Positions 46,667 to 54,631 of a DNA stretch of 54,631 nucleotides are shown here, one piece after another. The DNA is taken from contig CAMWTL010000001.1 of assembly GCA_947177145.1 (NCBI GenBank), forward strand, positions 1 to 54,631, in the 5' to 3' direction. A program made the position numbers and the translations under genes. Position 1 is the stretch's first letter. The number at the start of each line of letters is the position of its first letter. Below the pieces are notes generated by a model. That model was not told the origin of the DNA, ran no database searches, and saw only the letters and a list, made by a program, of their open reading frames with translations. The stretch is from an uncultured Porphyromonadaceae bacterium. Lineage in GTDB: Bacteria > Bacteroidota > Bacteroidia > Bacteroidales > Muribaculaceae.

Positions 46667-48797
46667 GTTTCTCGCGGTTGCGCCACACCTCAAAGTGAAT
46701 CGAGCTACGACTGTGGTTATCTTCGTCAGGAGCCAAAGCACCTAAGCCCTGACCTGCCTTCACCTGATCTCCAACCTTCACAGATGGGGAAGAGATGTTG
46801 CCATAAACCGTGTAGTAGCTTCCGTGGTTGACAATCACGACCGTGTTGTAGCCCGGTATCATATATACACCCGATACTTTGCCACCGTATATCGCGATAG
46901 CCGATGCACCGGCTGCCACCTCGGCATCTATGCCGGGATTATCATAGACTATATCCGGCAATTCCGGAAGAGACTGTCGTCCGAAACGGCTCGTGACTCT
47001 AAACGTACCCGACACCGGATGGGGAAGTTTCCCTTTCATAGCCGCGAAGTCACTGCCTGTTCTCGGGCTACTCTTAGCACTGCTTTCCGATGCTTTGGGT
47101 GTCACCACAGCTACATTGTTTTCGACATTTGCTACAGAGCTCTTATCTCCCTTAGGCCGACGTTTCCTTGCCTCGGCATAGCTCTGGTTATTCTTCTCCC
47201 CTTCCTTTGATTTCTTATTCTTATCTTTCTTTTTTGAGGACTCCTTTTTCTTGGCAGCCTTTGCAGCCTCTTTCTGCTGGGCAAGCAGGCGCTCATTTGC
47301 CGCCTTCTCGGCAGCGGCTTTCTCAGCGGCGGCTTTTTCAGCAGCTGCCTTCTCGGCGGCAGCTTTCTCCGCCGCTTTCTTGGCAGCTGCCTTCTCAGCA
47401 GCAGTTTTAGCAGCGGCTGCCTTCTCGGCGGCAAGTTTTGCGGCAGCGGCTTTCTCGGCAGCAAGTTTCTCTGCCGCAGCTTTCTCAGCAGCCAATTTCT
47501 CAGCAGCAGCTTTTTCGGCAGCAGCCTTTTCCTGTGCAAGACGTTGCTCCTCTGCTCTGCGTGCTTCGGCTTCTCGCCTTGCTCTTTCTTCAGCCTCTCG
47601 TCTCGCCCTTTCTTCAGCTTCTCTTCTTGCCTTTGCCTCGGCTTCCTTTCGGGCTTTCTCTTCGGCAGCCCTACGTGCTTCCTCCGCTTTCCGCTGTTCT
47701 TCCGCGATAAGCTGCGCTATCCTATTATTAAGCTGGTTGGTTTCAGCCTGTTTCTTCGACAAATGGCTCTTCAATGCCTCACCGTTCTGTTTCAAATCAG
47801 CCACAAGGGCATCCTGCCTCGAAAACTGTTGTTCCAAGGTGGTCTGTTCGGTCTTTTGGCGTTTTAATATCTCGTTATGCTCATTGCGGGCTTTTGCCAA
47901 CGCCTCACGCTGTGATTTCAATTGCTCCGTCTTATGGTCTATAGCTGCCGACTGACGGTCTTTCCATTCGGAAAACTGCTTCAAATAACGCATACGGCGC
48001 AGAGCCTGGTTGAAATTCTCAGAAGCGAATATGAAAGTCAGAGCGGAATTTCCCTTACGGGCGAGCCGCATCTTCTTCACCGCTTTAAGATATTCATCGC
48101 GGAGCTTCTGCAAATCCTTCTCATTAGAAGTGATTCCCTGTTCTAAGCCGGTAATTTTGCTGTTGATGCTGGTGATCTGCGAGGTGGTGGAAGCTATTTT
48201 ATTTTTTGATACGCTTATGTCGCCCTGCAATTTCCCAAGTTCATTAAGACCGTTCTTAACCTGAAGTTCATTATCCTTGATCTGCTGCTCGGTAAGCCGG
48301 ATCTCTTGTTGGGTAGCCTCTTGACGTTTCTTGACATCTGCCGATGTCTCAGGCTTGGCTGTGGCTTGTCTTCTCTTTTGCGTAGTGGCAGACTTGTTTC
48401 CGTTGGTAGACTTGGTTGCTGTAGCCGACTTAGTTCCCGTGGTGCCTTTAGCTGCACCGCCAGTCTTAGCAGAAGCCCCGCCTTTGGAAGTTGCGTTGGA
48501 TTTATTGCCCGCTGCTCCTTTGCCCGAACCATTGCCTTTGGAAGCAGGTGCAGACTTAGAAGTGGTGGCGGCCTTTTTGTTGGTTGCGGTTTTAGCAGGA
48601 GTAGCTTTCGTGCCGGAAGCCTTCTGTGTGCCGGTTCCTTTCTTATCAGTAGTGGTAGTCTTTTTTACGGGTGTGGTCTTTTTCTGAGTGGTTTGCGGAC
48701 TCGCCCAAGCAGAAGCAGACCCGACACCGCCAATGGCAGTCAAACCTACCGCCATTGTCACCATAAGATTGAATATGCGAGAAGAAATCGGCTTCAT
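46641..48797 (-). CDS. EnvC-like murein hydrolase activator (coiled coil + degenerate M23/LytM)
   Basis: Signal peptide, long coiled coil, A-E-K repeats, C-terminal KGKLPHPV, NPGID, VYGNI, IHFEV (metal ligands degenerate). Confidence 0.85.
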   Translation of the reverse strand: MKPISSRIFNLMVTMAVGLTAIGGVGSASAWASPQTTQKKTTPVKKTTTTDKKGTGTQKASGTKATPAKTATNKKAATTSKSAPASKGNGSGKGAAGNKSNATSKGGASAKTGGAAKGTTGTKSATATKSTNGNKSATTQKRRQATAKPETSADVKKRQEATQQEIRLTEQQIKDNELQVKNGLNELGKLQGDISVSKNKIASTTSQITSINSKITGLEQGITSNEKDLQKLRDEYLKAVKKMRLARKGNSALTFIFASENFNQALRRMRYLKQFSEWKDRQSAAIDHKTEQLKSQREALAKARNEHNEILKRQKTEQTTLEQQFSRQDALVADLKQNGEALKSHLSKKQAETNQLNNRIAQLIAEEQRKAEEARRAAEEKARKEAEAKARREAEERARREAEERARREAEARRAEEQRLAQEKAAAEKAAAEKLAAEKAAAEKLAAEKAAAAKLAAEKAAAAKTAAEKAAAKKAAEKAAAEKAAAEKAAAEKAAAEKAANERLLAQQKEAAKAAKKKESSKKKDKNKKSKEGEKNNQSYAEARKRRPKGDKSSVANVENNVAVVTPKASESSAKSSPRTGSDFAAMKGKLPHPVSGTFRVTSRFGRQSLPELPDIVYDNPGIDAEVAAGASAIAIYGGKVSGVYMIPGYNTVVIVNHGSYYTVYGNISSPSVKVGDQVKAGQGLGALAPDEDNHSRSSIHFEVWRNREKLNPLEWIR
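47300..47530 (-). repeat. In-frame (AAAEK)n-type pentapeptide repeat
   Basis: About 15 copies of xAAEK/AAAAK with synonymous codon variation. Confidence 0.85.
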
Positions 48798-49645
48798 AGT
48801 TGAAATGAGTTCATAAATTCTTTCAAATCCACTTTCCTATATTTAGAGCTTATTGACAGGCGATCAAAAGGCTGACCCCCCCAATTAGGCTCATCAAGCT
48901 CAAGGGTGGCTTGATAATTCCTTTTGTCAGAGCGATAGAAGACGGTCATATCATAGCCATTCTCGTAATACTCGTATCCGATAGTGACGGAAATATCCGG
49001 AGTCTGCTGCGGAAGCACCAATAATGCCACAGGCCAGAAGCCGCTATCGAAAACATAGCCGTAATTAATGCCCGGAATCTCCGCCTCTTCTGCCACTACA
49101 AGTGAAAAAGTGCCATCCTCCTCTGCGTAAATATCCACGAAATCTTCCACGTCGTGAGAAAGTATGCCAAGACCGGGAAGCGCGACCCTACCCAATAGCA
49201 GGTTTTGAAGGTCATAAAGTGATCCGGGATAAAATGAGAATACCTTTTCAAGGGACTCCTCCACATAGACCTTCTTCATCTTATTAACCACGAGCACCGT
49301 GCTGTCGGTGATTTCAGCCCTGCCTACCTCTCCTACAAAGGGTGCTCTCAAGGAAATAAAGATAGCACTGTCGCGCTGCATGAAAATCTTCACACTCGGA
49401 CTTACGGGCAGACCAGCCATCTTCAATTTGCCATTGATCGATACCTCTTCCCAATCTGCCCAAGGTGCTGTTATAGAATCTACCACAGCATATCTGGCTA
49501 CAGAGTCTATCGGCACTTGCGCCTTTACATTGATTGAGGTGCCTATAAACATCGCTGTCAGGAGCACCATAACCCTGCTAAGCCATATCGTTACCTGTTT
49601 CACTTTCTTTATTCCCACTTTATTTATTAAGATTCCAAAACCCAT
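48794..49645 (-). CDS. DUF4292 family protein
   Basis: M.RDSAIFISLRAPF..EVGRAEIT....V.NKMKK.Y, DLQNLLLG; conserved dut-TPR-DUF4292-envC order. Confidence 0.8.
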   Translation of the reverse strand: MGFGILINKVGIKKVKQVTIWLSRVMVLLTAMFIGTSINVKAQVPIDSVARYAVVDSITAPWADWEEVSINGKLKMAGLPVSPSVKIFMQRDSAIFISLRAPFVGEVGRAEITDSTVLVVNKMKKVYVEESLEKVFSFYPGSLYDLQNLLLGRVALPGLGILSHDVEDFVDIYAEEDGTFSLVVAEEAEIPGINYGYVFDSGFWPVALLVLPQQTPDISVTIGYEYYENGYDMTVFYRSDKRNYQATLELDEPNWGGQPFDRLSISSKYRKVDLKEFMNSFQL

Positions 49646-49698
49646 CTCATATCTCTCCTCTTGCCGTCAGATAGCCTTATTCAAACCTTCACATAGCT

Positions 49699-51498
49699 TT
49701 ATTCAAAGAAGAATGTCTTATGGCTCACCTTCTTCTTCAGCAATGCGTTGTCAGGCTCCATTTGCAAAGCCTTTTTCCAATTCTCCAATGCCTCCTCGGG
49801 ATTATGGTTCATGAAAAGTATATCACCGAGGTGGTTGTAGAATTCGGCTGCCGGCTCACCTTTCTGCTCGGCAATCTCAATGGCTTTTCTCTGAAATTCA
49901 AGAGCCTCCTTATATTCTTTACGCTTGAAAAGCACCCATGCCATCGTGTCGAGGTAAGTATCGTTGTCGGGGTCAAGCTCAATTGCCTGACGTGCCATTG
50001 ACTCGGCTCTGTCAAGATCACCGTTATTCTCGCTTAAGAAATAAGCATAATTATTAAGGGAGAGCGGATTACCCGGATTAAAAAGGAGAGAATTGTCGTA
50101 AGCACTATAAGCCTTTTCAAGCTCCTTAGCTCCGTAATACATATCTCCGAGCATACTGTAGATTGAGCTTAACCGTGTGAGGTCATCATATTTAAGACCT
50201 TTAATGGCACTGTCATCGGTTATTGTCTCGTTGATCGGCAGATCCGGCACATAGTAATGTATCAGGTCGCCGAATATCCTTTCAGCCTCCGCATACTCTT
50301 TAGCCATTGTGGCAGCCGAGCCATACATAAGACGAAGTTGATCGCTAATGGCGATATGAGACGCGGCACGGTCGAAGGTTTCCATTGCTTCTTTACCCTT
50401 TTCAGCGGCAATCTGATAACTCATAAGCTGCTGCCAATACATAGGATTCGTGGGATTTAGGTCAATGGCATATCCTATCTGCTTTATCGCCTCTTCATAC
50501 TCTCCCTTCGCGCTGCTATAACGAGCTGCAAGGTCGAGCACACTTGGCTCATGCGGATATTGCTCCATAATCACCTCAAAAAGATGATCGCCACGGGCAG
50601 TGTCGCTGTCATCGTCAAGAAGGGTCTGAAGATATTCACTCAGCAGCGAAAGCTTATCTTCCATCTCGAAATCTTCCGACAGAAGTGCCTCATATACTTT
50701 TTGATCATACCCCACACTGTCACCTATGCTCTTATAATATGTAGCAAGAGAGAGCTTGGCACCGCCGTTATCCGGATTCAGTTCCTCAGCCTTCAGGTAA
50801 GAAGACAATACTGAATCATTCTCGCCAATCACCTCATAGAGATTTCCCTTAAGTATGTAGTAATATGAGTCGCGGGGATTTGAGGCTATCAAATCGTCCG
50901 CTTCCCTCACAGCTGCCAATGTGTCGCCCTTCGCAAGCATAACCGACATTTTCTTCAGCGACAATTGCGGAGACTTCCCTTCAATCTTCTCAAAACGGTT
51001 AAGCGCGGAAATGGCATTATCTTCTTGACTGTCCATCATATAGGCATCCGCCAGCTGCAACAGGGTAGTCGTAACCGACGGGCGCAAGGAATCAAGACGC
51101 TCGTATACTCTTATTGCCTCAGAAACTGTATCCAGCCGTCCGGCGATATAGGCATATGAACGAGCTTCCGACATATCTGCCGGATATAAATCGACATATG
51201 GCCTCATCAGTGAAAGCGACTTGAGGAGCTCTCTCTGAGACTGCATAGAATCCGTCGGCACCAAAAGCCTGTTCATTCCATACGCTGAGGCAGCCTCTTC
51301 ATATGTGGGATCGGTGAAATAAGCCTTCTTGTAGTATTCGTATGCTTCCGGCATCTGGTTCGTTGCCTGGCAACGCGCCCCTTCGAGATAATAATAGCGG
51401 GCTTTCTGTCGGTCGGCAGAACGAGGTGAGGCATAGGCTACCATTCCGGAAATGAGAGCTACCCAGGCAACCAAAATGAAAAGAGGGAATGTTTTCAA
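49699..51498 (-). CDS. Tetratricopeptide repeat protein
   Basis: Many TPRs, LNNYAYFL, YLDTMAWVLF, HLGDI; TTG start. Confidence 0.9.
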   Translation of the reverse strand: MKTFPLFILVAWVALISGMVAYASPRSADRQKARYYYLEGARCQATNQMPEAYEYYKKAYFTDPTYEEAASAYGMNRLLVPTDSMQSQRELLKSLSLMRPYVDLYPADMSEARSYAYIAGRLDTVSEAIRVYERLDSLRPSVTTTLLQLADAYMMDSQEDNAISALNRFEKIEGKSPQLSLKKMSVMLAKGDTLAAVREADDLIASNPRDSYYYILKGNLYEVIGENDSVLSSYLKAEELNPDNGGAKLSLATYYKSIGDSVGYDQKVYEALLSEDFEMEDKLSLLSEYLQTLLDDDSDTARGDHLFEVIMEQYPHEPSVLDLAARYSSAKGEYEEAIKQIGYAIDLNPTNPMYWQQLMSYQIAAEKGKEAMETFDRAASHIAISDQLRLMYGSAATMAKEYAEAERIFGDLIHYYVPDLPINETITDDSAIKGLKYDDLTRLSSIYSMLGDMYYGAKELEKAYSAYDNSLLFNPGNPLSLNNYAYFLSENNGDLDRAESMARQAIELDPDNDTYLDTMAWVLFKRKEYKEALEFQRKAIEIAEQKGEPAAEFYNHLGDILFMNHNPEEALENWKKALQMEPDNALLKKKVSHKTFFFE

Positions 51499-51555
51499 CG
51501 TAATAAGTTCTAATAAACGTGGTTTGTATCAGTGTTGATGATTATCCGAAATAAA

Positions 51556-52002
51556 TCAGGACAACCCCGTATGGCCGAAACGTCCATCCTCACGTTTGGT
51601 GCGGTCGAGTTCCTTCACTTCCTCCCAAGTCACATGAGAATATTGTTTGATTACCATCTGGCATATTCTTTCCCCATCGTTCACCACGAAGTCATTCTCT
51701 CCCAAATTTATCAGGATTATACCCACTTCGCCTCTATAGTCGGCATCCACAGTGCCGGGGGAATTGGCGATAGTAATGCCATAGTTCAGAGCGAGACCTG
51801 AGCGTGGACGTATCTGGCACTCGTATCCTTGCGGAAGCTGTATGAACAATCCGGTGGGTATCAAGGCACGTTGCATAGGCTTGAGAGTGACTGGGCCTTC
51901 AGGTAAATAGGCTCTTACATCCATTCCGGCAGCCTCAAATGTGGAGTAGGCAGGAAGAGGATGATGACTTTTATTTATAACCTTAATTTTTACTCTATCC
52001 AT
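51556..52002 (-). CDS. dut: dUTP diphosphatase
   Basis: [40 protein letters not shown]. Confidence 0.97.
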   Translation of the reverse strand: MDRVKIKVINKSHHPLPAYSTFEAAGMDVRAYLPEGPVTLKPMQRALIPTGLFIQLPQGYECQIRPRSGLALNYGITIANSPGTVDADYRGEVGIILINLGENDFVVNDGERICQMVIKQYSHVTWEEVKELDRTKREDGRFGHTGLS

Positions 52003-52093
52003 TTCTTAATTTTTATAAGTTATTACATATTACTAACTGTTTATGCAGGATAAAAGTTGATTTACCCACCTCAGAAATCAGCCAATTAAACTG

Positions 52094-52101
52094 CAAAATT
52101 A
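52094..52101 (-). promoter_or_regulatory. -7 box of dut operon promoter
   Basis: TAATTTTG on minus strand about 90 nt upstream of dut. Confidence 0.55.
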
Positions 52102-52142
52102 GTAAAAAGCTGTCAGAGTAACATAAGAATACAAATAAAAAA

Positions 52143-52166
52143 TGGCTACCTTGATTAAGGCAGCCA
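52143..52166 (-). terminator. Intrinsic terminator after ferredoxin
   Basis: Minus strand TGGCTGCCTT-AATC-AAGGTAGCCA followed by a T-tract. Confidence 0.8.
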
Positions 52167-52211
52167 AATTTTTCTTAGGAATTTTTTCCTTTACTTCCAG
52201 AGAGGCAGAAA

Positions 52212-52379
52212 TTAACCCTCGCTGATAGCGTCGTTAGGACAAACCTGTGCGCAGCTTCCGCAGCTGATGCAGGTATCGGGATCGATGTGATAGATATCGC
52301 CCTCAGAGATTGCGTCTACAGGGCAAACCGACATGCAAGTGCCGCATGCGATACAGTTGTCGCCAATTACGTATGCCAT
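52212..52379 (-). CDS. 2[4Fe-4S] ferredoxin (55 aa; not in ORF track)
   Basis: Manual translation MAYVIGDNCIACGTCMSVCPVDAISEGDIYHIDPDTCISCGSCAQVCPNDAISEG; two CxxCxxCxxxCP motifs. Confidence 0.97.
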   Translation of the reverse strand: MAYVIGDNCIACGTCMSVCPVDAISEGDIYHIDPDTCISCGSCAQVCPNDAISEG

Positions 52380-52430
52380 AGTTGTAAAATATTAATTTAA
52401 TGAATTTATTTTGATTTCTTTTTAACTCTG

Positions 52431-52461
52431 CAAATTTAGGACTTACCTTTCTTTTTACCAA
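52431..52461 (-). promoter_or_regulatory. Ferredoxin promoter
   Basis: TTG (52461-52459), 20-nt spacer, TAAATTTG (52438-52431). Confidence 0.65.
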
Positions 52462-52758
52462 CTAAAATCTCTGCATTGTGCCTTAATTTATACTCATTCC
52501 AAATTAAGTTCTTATGAATATCAGTTATTTAAAATCAATTTAAATAATAACCCCCTTACGCGCCTCTCTACATTCTCGATGCTTATTTCAACTCCATTCT
52601 GATTTATGTAATAGACACAGCCACCACTCCCCTAACAATTGCATAGTTTGTGTATACCAAGACTGCAACATTAATAGATCAGCTATATTTATCCCCATAT
52701 GAGATCCTGATTATGGAGAAGCAAGGTCAATATATTTCATTTATATATACCTTTTCAT

Positions 52759-52766
52759 TAACTTTG
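52759..52766 (+). promoter_or_regulatory. -7 box upstream of GT2 gene
   Basis: TAACTTTG about 46 nt before ATG 52813. Confidence 0.55.
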
Positions 52767-52812
52767 CAAAAAGGTTTCCTTCAGCCTATTTTACCGTTTA
52801 ATTTATTTACAT

Positions 52813-53559
52813 ATGACACAACAACCCCTAATATCAATTGTCACCATAACATATAACGCTGCCAAGGAGCTGCCACCGACAATGAAATCAGTGGCACAAC
52901 AGACCTGGAAAGACTTTGAGCATCTCATAATTGACGGAGCTTCCTCAGACAATACGGTAGAGGTAGCACGTCAATTGGGGACACCGCAACTTAAAATTAT
53001 CAGCGAACCGGATAAGGGGCTTTACGATGCCATGAATAAAGGCTTAAGGAATGCACGGGGGAAATATGTGGTATTTCTGAATGCCGGCGATGCGTTCCAC
53101 AGTGCCGATGTACTGCTGAAATATGCCGAAGCTTGTAAAGCAAATGCCGACATCATCTATGCCGATACGGTGATAGTAGATGACTCGCGTAAGGTAATAG
53201 CGCCACGACATCTTTCTGCCCCCGGACAGCTCACCTTTCAATCTTTCTCTAAAGGTATGTTGGTGTGTCACCAGGCTTTTATGGTAAAAAAAGTCCTGAC
53301 ACCGATGTATGACACGCGCTATCGCTTCTCGGCAGATTATGATTGGACAGTGAAGTGTATACTTAACACACAGCCAAACCATTGCGTGAATCTTAACATT
53401 ATAGCTATCGACTATTTGGCAGACGGCACTACTGACAAGAATAAGTGGAAGTCGCTTATAGAACGTTTTAAAATTATGTGCAGGCATTACGGAGTGGCTA
53501 AGACCATCGGCAGGCATCTCTCCTTTGTGCGGAGAGCAATAAAAAGAAAGTCTATATAA
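52813..53559 (+). CDS. Glycosyltransferase family 2 (WcaE-like)
   Basis: ISIVTITYNA, IIDGASSD, SEPDKGLYDAMNKG, FLNAGD, CHQAF, SADYDW. Confidence 0.92.
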   Translation: MTQQPLISIVTITYNAAKELPPTMKSVAQQTWKDFEHLIIDGASSDNTVEVARQLGTPQLKIISEPDKGLYDAMNKGLRNARGKYVVFLNAGDAFHSADVLLKYAEACKANADIIYADTVIVDDSRKVIAPRHLSAPGQLTFQSFSKGMLVCHQAFMVKKVLTPMYDTRYRFSADYDWTVKCILNTQPNHCVNLNIIAIDYLADGTTDKNKWKSLIERFKIMCRHYGVAKTIGRHLSFVRRAIKRKSI

Positions 53560-53637
53560 TTAAAGGACCTTTTCCTTGCATTACTTGATTAATTATGGAA
53601 TTTTTGCTAATTTCGCAATATCCAAGAATTTTAACCT

Positions 53638-54531
53638 ATGAACCCATCTCCTAAATCCGGCACCTTTACTACTTTAAGCCAGATTGCTAAAAATGTCAAT
53701 AGTGATAAACTCGATGAAGACATTCTGGTTTTCGACCATGAAATAAAATTTGTGGCTGAAGAGATATTCCCTCTCAGAATAGATGCGCTGCTAATTGTAT
53801 TGTGTACGGCAGGATCAGGGAAAATAGGCATTGACTTGAGAGAATATGATATTTCTAAAAATACTTTAATCGTAATTCAACCGAAAAATTATATCTACTT
53901 ATCCGATTATTCCGACGATTTCCAGTGCTCCGCAGTAGCGTGTTCAAGTCATGTGGTAGAGGATGTGTTGCCTAAACTCACCGATATTCTTCCCTTGCTT
54001 ATGTACCATCGCACCGAACCGGTAAGTTATCTTTCCGACACAGATGCAGCAAGCATTAAAACCTTCTATGATGTCCTGCGTAAGAAGCTACGTGGAAATA
54101 AGACACCGTTTCTAAAACAAAAGGTGCTGTGTATGCTTCAGGCAGCCTTGTATGAGATGATGGATATTAACCTTCAAAACCATACAGAAATTGAACCACA
54201 ACGCACACGTAAAGAGGAGATCATGGCAAAGTTCATTTTGACGGTAAGTGAGCATTTCCGCACAGAACGGCAAGTGTCCTTTTACGCACATAAATTATAC
54301 ATTACGCCAAAGCATTTGTCTTCAGTGGTAAAAGAAATATCCGGACGCACAGCCAGCGATTGGATTGAAAATTATGTGATAATGGAGGCAAAAGTGTTGT
54401 TAAAGACCACGGATATGACCATCCAGGAAATAGCGGTATATCTCAATTTCGCCAATCAATCTTTCTTCGGGAAATATTTCAAACACCATACGAATGTGTC
54501 GCCTACCACTTATCGCAAGCAAAACACCTGA
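53638..54531 (+). CDS. AraC family transcriptional regulator
   Basis: VSFYAHKLYITPKHLS, EAKVLL, IQEIAVYLNFANQSFFGKYFK...SP..YR; TAATTTCG box at 53608-53615. Confidence 0.95.
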   Translation: MNPSPKSGTFTTLSQIAKNVNSDKLDEDILVFDHEIKFVAEEIFPLRIDALLIVLCTAGSGKIGIDLREYDISKNTLIVIQPKNYIYLSDYSDDFQCSAVACSSHVVEDVLPKLTDILPLLMYHRTEPVSYLSDTDAASIKTFYDVLRKKLRGNKTPFLKQKVLCMLQAALYEMMDINLQNHTEIEPQRTRKEEIMAKFILTVSEHFRTERQVSFYAHKLYITPKHLSSVVKEISGRTASDWIENYVIMEAKVLLKTTDMTIQEIAVYLNFANQSFFGKYFKHHTNVSPTTYRKQNT

Positions 54532-54573
54532 AAAAAGAGTGAGCCGCACCTTTTAATGCAGCTCACTCTTTTT
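54532..54573 (+). terminator. Intrinsic (likely bidirectional) terminator after araC
   Basis: AAAAAGAGTGAGC-c-GCA..TGC-a-GCTCACTCTTTTT. Confidence 0.85.
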
Positions 54574-54602
54574 GAGAAAATCAGTCCTTGTCAAAAAAAG
54601 AA

Positions 54603-54626
54603 GAGCCGGACCAAATGGTCCGGCTC
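54603..54626 (-). terminator. Terminator hairpin for a convergent gene beyond the window
   Basis: GAGCCGGACCA-AA-TGGTCCGGCTC preceded by an A-tract (T-tract on the minus strand). Confidence 0.7.
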
Positions 54627-54631
54627 CCTAA

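Noticed and set aside
47251-47955. 234-aa Ala/Phe/Ser-rich + strand ORF
   Set aside because: Antisense shadow of the AAAEK repeat in the envC-like gene

Overview
Bacteroidales chromosomal segment, probably Muribaculaceae-like (inferred from TAnnTTTG promoters, T9SS genes and gene content). Positions 1-17.9 kb hold the 5' part of a minus-strand surface-polysaccharide (CPS/O-antigen) operon that continues off the left edge. Its first gene fuses a degenerate tyrosine-recombinase scaffold to a UpxY/NusG antiterminator, and its promoter is bracketed by two 17-bp palindromes that are exact inverted repeats of each other. The operon carries a GC-richer 8-enzyme cassette: DegT aminotransferase, U32-like TIM barrel, HpcH/citrate-lyase-like enzyme, AKR7-like reductase, MmgE/PrpD, phosphonopyruvate-decarboxylase-like ThDP enzyme, ATP-grasp ligase and a split Fe-S hydro-lyase. 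No PEP mutase is in view, so this may be an undescribed pathway for an acyl substituent on an amino sugar. The rest is mostly core genome: GH95, prmC-recX-comF, pyrE cluster, dgt, T9SS porT-porP-porKLMN, GH2, glycosyltransferases and a flippase, envC-like/DUF4292/TPR/dut, a ferredoxin missed by the ORF track, and AraC. An AT-rich two-gene islet encodes an HTH-less LexA/UmuD-like S24 protein and a membrane protein. All calls come from motif recognition by eye; no searches were run.
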